A DNA stretch of 64,000 nucleotides from a virus (IMGVR_UViG_3300025117_000034), one strand, 5' to 3'. Counted from the stretch's first letter, positions 16,113-24,749 are shown. The notes: generated by a model not told the origin, from the letters alone. Numbers and translations are program-made.

Positions 16113-16658
16113 TTATCTCAACAGTGCTACCTGCTGTGTGATCACTGGGATTTCTATACACAGACCAGCTATAACTGTACTTCCCTGACGGCTGTAGCTT
16201 ATGGGGTGTTCCAATATGGTTGGGATCTTGTGGTGCACATAGGCTATGCCTTTGTCCACGTTAATCTCAGCCACCATACCCTCAAGTACACTCTTGTCCC
16301 TATGGGTAACCCGAACCATATCCCCAACCTGGAGAAGCCTGTTCCTATTAATAACCTTGTCAGGATTGTACTCCTCGACCAATGAGAATGTGGAACTAGA
16401 GCTACTCCCTATTTTCGTGTAATACTTGTACTTCACCCCGTTAACCACTGGACAAGTACCAATTGGGATTAGTGTTTGGGAAAAGCTGTTCAAGTTCTGG
16501 ACATTATGGAACAACCAGAAGGTGCCAATCACCACTTTTCCCACCACAGCAATGACATCCCACTTCCCTGTAGTACTGCGGAAGTCCAGCTTCATCCCGA
16601 CTCGTACTGAGTCAAACACTTCTGAAACTTTGTACCTCTTACCCATCTCAAAGTTCAT
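16113..16658 (-). CDS. hypothetical protein
   Basis: ORF track, 181 aa. Confidence 0.5.
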   Translation of the reverse strand: MNFEMGKRYKVSEVFDSVRVGMKLDFRSTTGKWDVIAVVGKVVIGTFWLFHNVQNLNSFSQTLIPIGTCPVVNGVKYKYYTKIGSSSSSTFSLVEEYNPDKVINRNRLLQVGDMVRVTHRDKSVLEGMVAEINVDKGIAYVHHKIPTILEHPISYSRQGSTVIAGLCIEIPVITQQVALLR

Positions 16659-16688
16659 GCTCTCACCTCCTCTCCATTCAAGTCATTG

Positions 16689-16988
16689 CTATTCCCGCCG
16701 CTTCCTGATAGCAGATGCAGCCATGTTACCAGCGACAGCAAGCCCACCCGCTTCACGGATGGCATTGAGATGCTTGGCCAGAGACATCGAGATATACAGG
16801 CCATCATCGCCATCGCTCTCACAGTTCATAAGCACTGTGTGCTCCGTTGCACCTGGGGTGTTACGCATAATCAAGTCGGCCTCAGCCAGCTCCTCAGTGG
16901 TGTAGTACCACTCCAGCTCGTCAGAATCAAAGATGCCCAGATAGAACTTGTTATACGGAGATTTGTTACCCTCGAGTATCATTACCAT
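16689..16988 (-). CDS. hypothetical protein
   Basis: ORF track, 99 aa. AAGGAGGG RBS. Confidence 0.5.
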   Translation of the reverse strand: MVMILEGNKSPYNKFYLGIFDSDELEWYYTTEELAEADLIMRNTPGATEHTVLMNCESDGDDGLYISMSLAKHLNAIREAGGLAVAGNMAASAIRKRRE

Positions 16989-17003
16989 TGCGATCCCTCC
17001 TTC

Positions 17004-17135
17004 TTAGTTTACCAGCTCTTCAACAATGTTGTTACCCACTTTCCAGTAATAAGTCCAGCCACCCCCTTTGCGTGACCGTGCATACATGAACCATCCGAAT
17101 ACCTCTCCGAACTTTTTATAGATAGGTGAGCTCAT
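17004..17135 (-). CDS. small ORF (~43 aa), ATGA-coupled to the repeat-protein gene
   Basis: Own translation MSSPIYKKFGEVFGWFMYARSRKGGGWTYYWKVGNNIVEELVN. Its ATG overlaps the TGA of 17132..18157. Confidence 0.3.
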   Translation of the reverse strand: MSSPIYKKFGEVFGWFMYARSRKGGGWTYYWKVGNNIVEELVN

Positions 17136-18157
17136 ACCTTTATCTCCTTGATCACTCTGCATTTACTGACCCGCACTTTTCCTTCCTGGATGGCAAGGAT
17201 ATCCTTCATATCAACTTCGCATGCCAAGTAACAATCAATGAACTCCCTGTCCCAGTAGTGCAGATGGGACAGGTGTATTCCTGAAGCACAGGATTTCTTT
17301 GGGTCCCTGTCAGGATTTTTAACCCTTACCACCTCTCCTACATGGTAAATGAAGTCAATGTTATACTGAGAGTAGAAACCCCTTAGACTCTTGTAAACTG
17401 ATTTAAACAGGATCACCTTCCCATTGACTGGGAAGTGTAGAGTCTGAGCATACAGGGAGTGTTGTTTATTATTACCCCCTGTGATATCCTGTGCTAAGTT
17501 ACCAACTATAAAGTGTGACTCTCCGGTACGAGAATTGCCATACACCCAAGCATTGCCTGACACCTGAGCATCGCCATACACCCGAGAATTGCCATACACC
17601 CAAGCATTGCCTGACACCTGAGCATTGCCTGACACCTGAGCATCGCCATACACCCGAGAATTGCCATACACCCAAGCATTGCCTGACACCCAAGCATTGC
17701 CTGACACCCGAGCATTGCCTGACACCTGAGCATTGCCATACACCCAAGCATTGCCTGACACCTGAGCATTGCCTGACACCTGAGCATTGCCTGACACCTG
17801 AGCATCACCATACACCCGAGCATTGCCATACACCCGAGCATCACCATACACCCGAGCATCACCATACACCCAAGCATTGCCTGACACCTGAGCATTGCCT
17901 GACACCTGAGCATCGCCTGACACCCGAGCATCGCCTGACACCCGAGCATCGCCTGACACCCGAGCATCACCATACACCCGAGCATCACCATACACCCAAG
18001 CATCACCATACACCCAAGCATTGCCCTCATGGCTAAGGTTGGACTCTTTCTCTACAAAGCCACCTTTGTCTCCAGCTTTGACATTGGAGAAGTCCTTAAG
18101 GGCTATTACCCTGTGCAGACCACTAACTTCCTTTTTACCTAGTTTGTACTTTTCCAT
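17132..18157 (-). CDS. hexapeptide-repeat (left-handed beta-helix-like) protein with ~30 tandem G(D/N)A(R/Q/W)V(S/Y) repeats
   Basis: 341 aa. The central 180 aa are perfect hexad repeats (VYGDARVSGNAQVSGNAWVYG...). Non-repetitive N- and C-terminal domains. Confidence 0.7.
   Translation of the reverse strand: MEKYKLGKKEVSGLHRVIALKDFSNVKAGDKGGFVEKESNLSHEGNAWVYGDAWVYGDARVYGDARVSGDARVSGDARVSGDAQVSGNAQVSGNAWVYGDARVYGDARVYGNARVYGDAQVSGNAQVSGNAQVSGNAWVYGNAQVSGNARVSGNAWVSGNAWVYGNSRVYGDAQVSGNAQVSGNAWVYGNSRVYGDAQVSGNAWVYGNSRTGESHFIVGNLAQDITGGNNKQHSLYAQTLHFPVNGKVILFKSVYKSLRGFYSQYNIDFIYHVGEVVRVKNPDRDPKKSCASGIHLSHLHYWDREFIDCYLACEVDMKDILAIQEGKVRVSKCRVIKEIKV
17500..18040. repeat. ~30 tandem copies of an 18-nt coding repeat (gcattgcctgacacc[tc][ga]a variants)
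   Basis: Seen directly in the sequence. It encodes the hexad repeats and generates the spurious alt-frame ORFs 17499..18036. Confidence 0.85.
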
Positions 18158-18166
18158 TATCTCCTC

Positions 18167-18598
18167 CTAGAATCCCATGAGTTTCATAGTGCTACGACGT
18201 TCCTCGGGGGTAGCGTCACCCCAGATCACCTGAGTCATCAGATACAGGGAACGATCTTCAGCAAAGTAATAGCTGGCGACTTGGAACTTATCAGCGACCA
18301 GCACGTAACTCCCTGGCTTCAGGTAAGTTACATTGTCGAACTGCTTCTTCTCTTCATTCCAGGGCCAGCTAATGCGACTCATATCCCGTCGCACTGCCGC
18401 CCGAAGAACGCTGCCGTCCTCGTCTTCCTTGAGGACACGGAGGGTTCCTGTGGGACTAACCTTGCCAGGGTTGGGCAGGTCTTCACGGCTGTCAGTGTCC
18501 ATGGTCATAATGTCAATGCCTGTGGGTACATAGCCACAGGGGTCAGCCAGTTCCGCAATGGGAACCTCTTGGATCGTGATCTCATTGTCGCCACTCAT
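18167..18598 (-). CDS. hypothetical protein
   Basis: ORF track, 143 aa. Confidence 0.5.
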   Translation of the reverse strand: MSGDNEITIQEVPIAELADPCGYVPTGIDIMTMDTDSREDLPNPGKVSPTGTLRVLKEDEDGSVLRAAVRRDMSRISWPWNEEKKQFDNVTYLKPGSYVLVADKFQVASYYFAEDRSLYLMTQVIWGDATPEERRSTMKLMGF

Positions 18599-18660
18599 GA
18601 TTGTCGCTCCTTGTTACTACTAGTGATTTGTTGTTCTACCTGGGATCCTGCAAGGCAGGA

Positions 18661-18894
18661 TCATAATGGATCAGCCTGTACTCCGTTCACCATTTCCTTG
18701 TCTACCAACTTGAAATGTTCTGCACCCTCACCTGTGGAATGGCATGAGATACAAGGCTGACCAAATAAATCTACATCCCTGTGAACACAGTTAATACATA
18801 GGTCAGTGTGCTCATGGTCCACCTCACCATCCTCCGTCAATATAAGCCTAGTCATCGTTGCCCACCTGAAGACCTCTCCAGCTCCACCACCCAC
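18661..18894 (-). CDS. zinc-ribbon mini-protein (DKE(E/M)V family)
   Basis: CINCVHRD...CISCHSTG...FKLVDKEMV. Confidence 0.5.
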   Translation of the reverse strand: MGGGAGEVFRWATMTRLILTEDGEVDHEHTDLCINCVHRDVDLFGQPCISCHSTGEGAEHFKLVDKEMVNGVQADPL

Positions 18895-19087
18895 CGTCCA
18901 CTTCTTCCTTGTCCTTCAGTTTAAACAGTAGCACATCGTTCTCACCACTACCATTGCTGCACAGACAGCATGGCTCATCCTCAGTGTCACATTCTGCATA
19001 GGCACAGTTGCCACAATGCTCCATGTCGATTGTGCCATTGGCATTCAGATAAAGCTTTGACATTACTGTGCTCACCTCCTCTCTCAT
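18848..19087 (-). CDS. zinc-ribbon mini-protein (DKEEV family)
   Basis: CGNCAYAEC...CCLCSNG...FKLKDKEEV. Confidence 0.5.
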   Translation of the reverse strand: MREEVSTVMSKLYLNANGTIDMEHCGNCAYAECDTEDEPCCLCSNGSGENDVLLFKLKDKEEVDGGWWSWRGLQVGNDD

Positions 19088-19090
19088 TAG

Positions 19091-19369
19091 TTAACCATTG
19101 AAGCCATGCATGCCTATCATGCCACAGACAGGGCATGCTGCCCATTTGAATCCCTTGCCTAGCACAGGCATCCTGGGTGCCCAATGCACATTGTCATCCT
19201 TGTCAAGTAACAGGTACTCCCAACTTCTTAACCACTCACTAGGCTTATCGTGCTTAGCAAGGTTAATATTGTCTGCCACCGGAATGGCAACGATGTCCCT
19301 TACCTTGCTGCGTTGCTTACAGTGACTGCAGCAATGTGTGTTGTCTGGATTTGAATCAAAGATACTCAT
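19091..19369 (-). CDS. Cys-rich mini-protein (CxHCK...ACPxC...HG family)
   Basis: 92 aa. Paralog of 19988..20260. Confidence 0.5.
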   Translation of the reverse strand: MSIFDSNPDNTHCCSHCKQRSKVRDIVAIPVADNINLAKHDKPSEWLRSWEYLLLDKDDNVHWAPRMPVLGKGFKWAACPVCGMIGMHGFNG

Positions 19370-19563
19370 GTCACCACCCCCTCATAGCTCTTCTCCTTAA
19401 GCACCATGTTCTCTGCGTACTCTATGCAGCCTACCACCTTGTCAGCCTGTGGACAATACGCTTCATCACAATGTCCTGGAGTTATTGTGACATGCGGGTT
19501 ATAGCATTGGCAGCATGGGTTTACACAGTCACCTCTGCCCTCACAGATATACTTGATGGTCAT
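19366..19563 (-). CDS. Cys-rich mini-protein, NMV(I/L) family
   Basis: ...CIEYAENMVLKEKSYEG. Confidence 0.5.
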   Translation of the reverse strand: MTIKYICEGRGDCVNPCCQCYNPHVTITPGHCDEAYCPQADKVVGCIEYAENMVLKEKSYEGVVT

Positions 19564-19787
19564 ACTGTGTAGTCTCCTCTCTCTACCCTCTCAATGTCCT
19601 CCTTGTTAGGCGGCTCAAAGCCAGGGTTATCCTCACCCATGTATACACGTGGCCAACAAGACGAGCAGGGTTCAACACCGATACTTACACAGTAGTGTTT
19701 GCATCTTGCGCACCTCTTGAGCACTATACCACTTTTATCAAGCATGAGCACATTTTGTGTCATCCTGCACCCACCTCCTCGCTCCAA
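19560..19787 (-). CDS. zinc-ribbon mini-protein (paralog pair with 19760..19984)
   Basis: KRCARCKHY...EPCSSCWPRVYMGEDNPGFEPPNKEDIE. Confidence 0.55.
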   Translation of the reverse strand: MERGGGCRMTQNVLMLDKSGIVLKRCARCKHYCVSIGVEPCSSCWPRVYMGEDNPGFEPPNKEDIERVERGDYTV

Positions 19788-19984
19788 TTACTTATGAACT
19801 CAATGTTCTCCTTGTTGGGGGCCTCAAAGCCTGGATTGCCCTCACCCATGTATACACGTGGCCAGCAAGACGAGCAGGGTTCAAGCGTTATACTATGTGA
19901 ATAGTACTTACAACTTGTGCACCTAGGTACAACTCTGCCTTTTCTTAACTCTATGTAGTTAGAGTTGAACTGATGGGTAGCCAT
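19760..19984 (-). CDS. zinc-ribbon mini-protein (paralog of 19560..19787)
   Basis: RCTSCKYY...EPCSSCWPRVYMGEGNPGFEAPNKENIE. Confidence 0.55.
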   Translation of the reverse strand: MATHQFNSNYIELRKGRVVPRCTSCKYYSHSITLEPCSSCWPRVYMGEGNPGFEAPNKENIEFISNWSEEVGAG

Positions 19985-19987
19985 GGC

Positions 19988-20260
19988 TCAGCTCCCCCAG
20001 CCATGATAGTTAATCTTACTACACCTAGGGCAAGCTGTCAGGTAATGATCCCCTTTGATGGCCAGCTCCAACATCCTACCAATCCCTGTAACCCAAGTGC
20101 AATCAAAGTTAGGCAGGACTACCAGGAAGTTCTTGTATGAGTGTGGCAGGATTGAGTTCTCAGCAAGTGGTACCAGGGATGTCTCTGATACTGGGATCTC
20201 AATATCACAATGCTTGCATCTGTGCAGACACAGATTCATCTTACGTATGTCATAGCTCAT
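19988..20260 (-). CDS. Cys-rich mini-protein (paralog of 19091..19369)
   Basis: CLHRCKHCD...ACPRCSKINYHGWGS. Confidence 0.5.
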   Translation of the reverse strand: MSYDIRKMNLCLHRCKHCDIEIPVSETSLVPLAENSILPHSYKNFLVVLPNFDCTWVTGIGRMLELAIKGDHYLTACPRCSKINYHGWGS

Positions 20261-20280
20261 TTAGGCTAACCTCCTTTCTC

Positions 20281-20466
20281 TTACCCGTGGTACACAATAC
20301 GAACTACCTTCTCCTTGTCCTGTACCTCGAACCTTACTGTGGATCCAGTACTGTGGCAAGTACGACAAGGCTCACTCGCTAAGGACACGTCAATGTGCTT
20401 ACAGCTACCACATCTCTTGAGCACATTGTTACCCCTTACATAAAGTGTGTACTTCATAGTCATCAT
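20281..20466 (-). CDS. zinc-ribbon mini-protein (DKEKV)
   Basis: KRCGSCKH...CRTCHSTG...FEVQDKEKV. GGAGGG RBS. Confidence 0.5.
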   Translation of the reverse strand: MMTMKYTLYVRGNNVLKRCGSCKHIDVSLASEPCRTCHSTGSTVRFEVQDKEKVVRIVYHG

Positions 20467-20486
20467 TAGCTTAGCCCTCCGTTAGC

Positions 20487-20666
20487 TTAGTATATGTAGA
20501 GTCCTACTATGTCCTCCTTGTCCACCATTTCAAATCCTGATGCATCGTCACCACTAACGCAGCAGGAAAGGCATGGCTCTATCTCGCCGTTGACTGCATA
20601 CCATTTGCAGTTAGCACATGACCTTTCTATAGCACCATTCCATATGGAGATTTTGTACTTCCTCAT
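20487..20666 (-). CDS. zinc-ribbon mini-protein (~59 aa) below the track cutoff, DKEDIV family
   Basis: Own translation MRKYKISIWNGAIERSCANCKWYAVNGEIEPCLSCCVSGDDASGFEMVDKEDIVGLYIY. Confidence 0.45.
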   Translation of the reverse strand: MRKYKISIWNGAIERSCANCKWYAVNGEIEPCLSCCVSGDDASGFEMVDKEDIVGLYIY

Positions 20667-20669
20667 AGC

Positions 20670-20894
20670 TTAGCCCTCCCTCTTCTCCACTGCCTTACCC
20701 TTGAGTACCATGTTGTCTTGGTACTCAATGCAGCGCACAGGCTTGCCATGATTAGCACAGTTACAAGTGTGCTCACATAAAGCACTGTACTCATGGGGCT
20801 TCTGTGATAGATAGCATATGCACTCTGAGGTACAGCCTACGCTAAGCATTGCCTCGCAGATCATAAGCTTGGGCTTATTAGAATTCATAGTCAC
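20670..20894 (-). CDS. Cys-rich mini-protein, NMV(I/L) family
   Basis: ...CIEYQDNMVLKGKAVEK. Confidence 0.5.
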   Translation of the reverse strand: MTMNSNKPKLMICEAMLSVGCTSECICYLSQKPHEYSALCEHTCNCANHGKPVRCIEYQDNMVLKGKAVEKREG

Positions 20895-21111
20895 CTCCCA
20901 TCTCGCTCACCTTACCAATCTCCTCTTTGTCCACCATCTCAAAGTAGGGCTTGTTAAAGTTAGTGCTTGTACATGGTGTATTGTAGAACGCTGCCAGGCA
21001 ATCCGCACATGGGAAATACTGTGATCTCACGTGTACATGCCTGCAGCTCTCACACATGTACAGCATTGTCCCTTTGTTCGTAAGGGTTAAGCTCCTTACA
21101 CCGAGATCCAT
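20878..21111 (-). CDS. zinc-ribbon mini-protein (DKEEI)
   Basis: CESCRHVH...CADC...FEMVDKEEIGKV. Confidence 0.5.
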   Translation of the reverse strand: MDLGVRSLTLTNKGTMLYMCESCRHVHVRSQYFPCADCLAAFYNTPCTSTNFNKPYFEMVDKEEIGKVSEMGGDYEF

Positions 21112-21114
21112 AGC

Positions 21115-21360
21115 TTAGCCTCCTCCATTGTAATTCCTCCCAGCTGTGCCTAGCACCTCCTCCTTATCAATGACCTCAAAGAAGGGCTTGGCAAGTAAGC
21201 CATTGTGATCCTGGGCCGGAGTACCAATGAGCCCTAGGCATTCCCTACATGGCCCTCCTGCATCTATAGGGAGATCCATGTTCTTACAGCTGACACAGAA
21301 CCTTTTGACTGTGCCAGCACTGGTGAACTCTAATACTTTGTGTTGTGGCACTGGCATCAT
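21115..21360 (-). CDS. zinc-ribbon mini-protein (DKEEV)
   Basis: CVSCKNMD...CRECLG...FEVIDKEEVLG. Confidence 0.5.
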   Translation of the reverse strand: MMPVPQHKVLEFTSAGTVKRFCVSCKNMDLPIDAGGPCRECLGLIGTPAQDHNGLLAKPFFEVIDKEEVLGTAGRNYNGGG

Positions 21361-21366
21361 CTTAGA

Positions 21367-21966
21367 TTACCTCCCCTCCTCATCATACCAATGATTCTGC
21401 TGTATGTAGAGCACAGCTTCCTCAATGGTGTTGAACTTTTCTACCCACATCTCCATGCTATAGCAAGTCTTGGTGAGCACTGACTTCTTCATATCCTTGT
21501 CAACCTTAAGCTTATAGACACCATGCTCTGACAAGGTTTCCTCAAAGATGTCAATAGGGATCTTGTTACCAATAGGCTTCAGATAGGGCAGGATAAACTT
21601 AAGTCCTTTCACTGTAGCATTGAAGGACTTCTTGGATCCCTTTGTCAGGGATATCCTGATGCACACCTGCTCTGTCTCATCGAAGTACCCAGTTGAACCC
21701 AGGCCAATCTTAGCCAGCTTCTTATCCCGTTCATTGTGCTTCACCGTGCTACCATTGCCATCCTCTTGGAGCAGCCATGACCAGCTATTACCAGTAGCTG
21801 CCCTGATAGTATCCAGTTGATCCCTTAGGCCACGGAGCTCATTGTAGAGCTCCCTAATCCTGGCATCAATGGGCTCCTTCTGAATGAACATGAGCTTCCT
21901 CTCGGCCTCCACTGATTTAATCTTGGCCTCAAGCTCTGCAGCCTTTGCCTCGCTAGATTTACTCAT
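21367..21966 (-). CDS. hypothetical protein with N-terminal coiled coil
   Basis: ORF track, 199 aa. Heptad-like AKAAELEAKIKSVEAERK. Confidence 0.5.
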   Translation of the reverse strand: MSKSSEAKAAELEAKIKSVEAERKLMFIQKEPIDARIRELYNELRGLRDQLDTIRAATGNSWSWLLQEDGNGSTVKHNERDKKLAKIGLGSTGYFDETEQVCIRISLTKGSKKSFNATVKGLKFILPYLKPIGNKIPIDIFEETLSEHGVYKLKVDKDMKKSVLTKTCYSMEMWVEKFNTIEEAVLYIQQNHWYDEEGR

Positions 21967-22148
21967 TGCTTAACCTCCGATGAAAGTATTACCTTGGTGA
22001 ACTTATGATTACCACTGCTGGGGTTAATCTCTATTACCCAGTTAGCCGTGACAGTACCAACAAAGTCAATGCTATGATTATCAACAAGGTTATCAACGAG
22101 GATCTTTGCTATCTCCTCTGTTGAAAGCTCCACTGATAATGTACCCAT
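21963..22148 (-). CDS. hypothetical mini-protein
   Basis: ORF track. Preceded by the conserved GGAGGTGACAAAGCAATG-type initiation region. Confidence 0.45.
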   Translation of the reverse strand: MGTLSVELSTEEIAKILVDNLVDNHSIDFVGTVTANWVIEINPSSGNHKFTKVILSSEVKQ

Positions 22149-22155
22149 TGCTTTG

Positions 22156-22335
22156 TCACCTCCCCTCTATTATCTTAATCTCAACCCTGACTGGCTGCAC
22201 AGAGTTGTTCATATTACCTGAACGCTTCTGTAACCCACAGTAATCCCTTGCCCTATCCCTTGTAGAGAATAGCATAGCAAGGTCACCCCAAGTGATAACC
22301 TCTCCATTGTAGGCCAAAGCCCAAGCAGTACTCAT
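22156..22335 (-). CDS. small ORF (~59 aa) below the track cutoff
   Basis: Own translation MSTAWALAYNGEVITWGDLAMLFSTRDRARDYCGLQKRSGNMNNSVQPVRVEIKIIEGR. AAGGAGGTGACAAAGCA-ATG initiation region. Its stop lies in the next gene's RBS. Confidence 0.45.
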   Translation of the reverse strand: MSTAWALAYNGEVITWGDLAMLFSTRDRARDYCGLQKRSGNMNNSVQPVRVEIKIIEGR

Positions 22336-22351
22336 TGCTTTGTCACCTCCT

Positions 22352-22549
22352 TTACCATTTCACTCTTTTTGTTTGGCTATACTCGTAGCCACAAAGGAAA
22401 CAGAACACCTCATCCACTGTCTCAAAGGATCCCAGCATTAAACTCTTGTCATCCTTGAGAGTTATCTTACTCTTTACTTCCCATGTTACACCGAAGGACA
22501 TCATTCTCTGCTTGCATAGTTCCCACTTTGATACATCATAGGCATTCAT
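22352..22549 (-). CDS. hypothetical mini-protein
   Basis: ORF track. Same conserved initiation region. Confidence 0.45.
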   Translation of the reverse strand: MNAYDVSKWELCKQRMMSFGVTWEVKSKITLKDDKSLMLGSFETVDEVFCFLCGYEYSQTKRVKW

Positions 22550-22758
22550 TGCTTTGTCACCTCCCTCTCCATTTCATTCAGTGCTTCCTGTATAGTACTG
22601 CTAACACCACGTGGTACATTCCTCCCAGTTAATCTATTGGTGAGCACCTCCTTGTCTGCAAGTGTAAAGTTGGAGGCCCTTATACAGTGTAGGCAGGGCT
22701 CATCAAGAACTGATACTATCCTGTGCCTGCATGCTGAGCATCTGAATAATATTCTCAT
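22546..22758 (-). CDS. zinc-ribbon mini-protein (DKEVL)
   Basis: FRCSACRHR...EPCLHC...TLADKEVL. Confidence 0.5.
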   Translation of the reverse strand: MRILFRCSACRHRIVSVLDEPCLHCIRASNFTLADKEVLTNRLTGRNVPRGVSSTIQEALNEMEREVTKQ

Positions 22759-22775
22759 TGCTCTGTGCCACCTCC

Positions 22776-23009
22776 CTACCCTTTCATTGGACTGGGGATA
22801 TACATGTTCTCCCCAACCATTCTGAATCTGATCATCTCAATTGGTGACTCAGAGAGTATAGCTCCCATGATGGGAGGGTAGCCACACATTGCTACCTTGA
22901 TAGCCAGCCCCTGCTTTGTCAAGGACTTAGCTGTGATGGACCCGTCCTCCTTGATTACCTCAAAGTGGATGAGAGGGCCTTGAATGCTTTTACCTATCCA
23001 TGTCTCCAT
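22776..23009 (-). CDS. hypothetical mini-protein
   Basis: ORF track. Conserved initiation region cattgttgctcacctcc. Confidence 0.45.
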   Translation of the reverse strand: METWIGKSIQGPLIHFEVIKEDGSITAKSLTKQGLAIKVAMCGYPPIMGAILSESPIEMIRFRMVGENMYIPSPMKG

Positions 23010-23218
23010 TGTTGCTCACCTCCTTTCGTTCCAGCTTCTCCTTCACTGCTGTCTCAATGAACCTAAGCACAGGCTCATCAAAGCAGAAGACATCAGAGGA
23101 GCATATCATCTGCCCACAGAAGCAATCATGGGCGTAGCTGTTCTTGAAGTGCTCATTCCCTACCTTTGTGGCAATGGCACATAACCTTTCAATGACTTCA
23201 TCCTTGACCATTTCTTGG
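22990..23218 (-). CDS. Cys-containing mini-protein
   Basis: Track ORF 22990..23382 trimmed to start at MVKDEV, which follows GGGGGTGACCAAGAA and the stop of 23219..23401. Confidence 0.4.
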
Positions 23219-23401
23219 TCACCCCCTTTCCCAGTAGATAGTATCCAGTACAATCTCATCAACCACTTTGTCAATACCTTTACGGGTAATTTCCTCACTG
23301 GATGCAGGAAGCTTATCCAAGCATATAGTATGAATACCCATACCTGCAAGTTTTTTCCCAGCAAGGTCAAGCACTTCACCACTGATGTTCATTGTTGTCA
23401 C
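23219..23401 (-). CDS. hypothetical mini-protein
   Basis: ORF track. Conserved initiation region cattgttgtcaccccc. Confidence 0.45.
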   Translation of the reverse strand: MTTMNISGEVLDLAGKKLAGMGIHTICLDKLPASSEEITRKGIDKVVDEIVLDTIYWERG

Positions 23402-23609
23402 CCCCTTTAAGGAAACTCATGCAGTTAAGCTTGTCCGCTGTCTCCTGCACAGACCTGTATGGACCCCGTGTAACAAGTCTCCTTTGCTCACAGGTATCGT
23501 ATACCCAGGAGTCCAAGGGTAGGCATGTCTTGCCTTCGTTTCCGTGGATCTCCTCAAGCCTGTAACTGTTTACACATATTACAGGCTTGTACTTCACTGG
23601 TATCTTCAT
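23376..23609 (-). CDS. hypothetical mini-protein
   Basis: ORF track. Conserved initiation region cattgcttagtcacctcc. Confidence 0.45.
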   Translation of the reverse strand: MKIPVKYKPVICVNSYRLEEIHGNEGKTCLPLDSWVYDTCEQRRLVTRGPYRSVQETADKLNCMSFLKGGDNNEHQW

Positions 23610-23794
23610 TGCTTAGTCACCTCCTTTCACTTTTCCTCCCACTTGACCTCTGGGTTAGTTGTTGTCCTTCCCACTTAGGCGGGAGGGGTACAGCACTGTT
23701 TCCCACTGGCTTACCATAAGGAGTATTACTGGTATAACAGTGCTTACATAAGTTCCACTACGTAGTTGAACTTATGACAGTGGGAGGGAATTGA

Positions 23795-23893
23795 TTACTT
23801 GTTGTAATACGTGCACGACCATTCACCAATAGTGCAGCCACTGTCTTCCCAGTACTCACAATACCTGCACTCACTGCAGTAATAGATAGTCAC
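23795..23893 (-). CDS. candidate 32-aa Cys-rich peptide (GTG start)
   Basis: AAGGAGG, 6 nt, then GTG ACT... gives VTIYYCSECRYCEYWEDSGCTIGEWSCTYYNK. Last minus-strand ORF before the strand switch. Confidence 0.25.
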   Translation of the reverse strand: MTIYYCSECRYCEYWEDSGCTIGEWSCTYYNK

Positions 23894-23957
23894 TGCGGGC
23901 CTCCTTGAAATCAAGTTTCACATTTTTAACAATACACCTCTAAGAGAGGTGAGCAAA

Positions 23958-24407
23958 ATGAGTGACATAAGTATCCACCTAAACTTCGTTCCCATAACAA
24001 CAGGTAAATCATATGGAAGAAATGGTAAGTACACATTCCTCAGCAAGGCTGGTCAGGAATGTTCTAAGGCTATCAAAGATGCTTGGTGTTCTGCTGGGTC
24101 ACCTATGATGCTTGGTGTACCTAGACTTAAGGTTTCAATAGAGTACGGAATAGTTAGCAATGCTAGAAGAGACCTAGACAATATGTGCAAGCTACTTATT
24201 GATACTCTGGTAAAGTGCGGGTGCATAAAGGATGATTCCTATATTGATGATCTCCACCTTGTGAAGAAGAACAGCTCTACCTCCTATACAGATATAGTTA
24301 TCTCTGAGTTACTAGATGAAGAGTTCAATGATATAGCAGATAACTTAGAAGCAGAGCTTAGTACACTTGAACCTATAAGTGTATCCTTTGAAGAGCTTAT
24401 AGACTAG
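23958..24407 (+). CDS. rusA: RusA-family Holliday-junction resolvase
   Basis: RRDLDNMCKLLIDTLVKCGCIKDDSYIDDLHLVK matches the RusA core RRDLDNLLKALLDAL...DDS. GAGAGGTGAG RBS. Only plus-strand gene in the window. Confidence 0.8.
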   Translation: MSDISIHLNFVPITTGKSYGRNGKYTFLSKAGQECSKAIKDAWCSAGSPMMLGVPRLKVSIEYGIVSNARRDLDNMCKLLIDTLVKCGCIKDDSYIDDLHLVKKNSSTSYTDIVISELLDEEFNDIADNLEAELSTLEPISVSFEELID

Positions 24408-24675
24408 TCAACCCCACCAACCATTCCCAACAGTACAACCACTACCACAAGGCCATACCCTACAACAATGGCCCATTGAATCCTACGAAGTACTCTGCTC
24501 TTTGCTGCCGTCCTTGGCGTGAGTATATACATTGTACCCTCCTTGTTAGGTTTCCCAGCTAACTCTATAAGGCACGGTCAACAGTGCCAGGCTATCACCC
24601 CTGCCTGCTACCGTGCCCTAAGAATTACTGAGCCAAATTATTTTTTGAGTGCTCTGTTTCCGTGACAGTGATACT

Positions 24676-24715
24676 AAACAGAAAGGGGCACAAGGTCAAC
24701 TGCCCCCTGTGCCCC
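24676..24715 (-). terminator. rho-independent terminator for the minus-strand moron gene
   Basis: GGGGCACA...TGTGCCCC 8-bp GC stem, followed on the minus strand by TTTCTGTTT. Confidence 0.55.
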
Positions 24716-24749
24716 TCTGCTTACTCCTTGCTGCTGTGCTACTTACTGA

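Noticed and set aside
17499-18036. Track ORFs 17515..18036(+), 17506..18030(-) and 17499..17747(-), with exotic HTPEHC or MLGC repeats
   Set aside because: They are alternative-frame or antisense readings of the 18-nt tandem repeat that encodes the hexapeptide-repeat protein. No independent start/RBS support.
17500-18040. CRISPR array
   Set aside because: The repeats are 18-nt with no spacers and lie inside a coding frame. The same holds for the 150-nt fibre repeats at 61436..61900.
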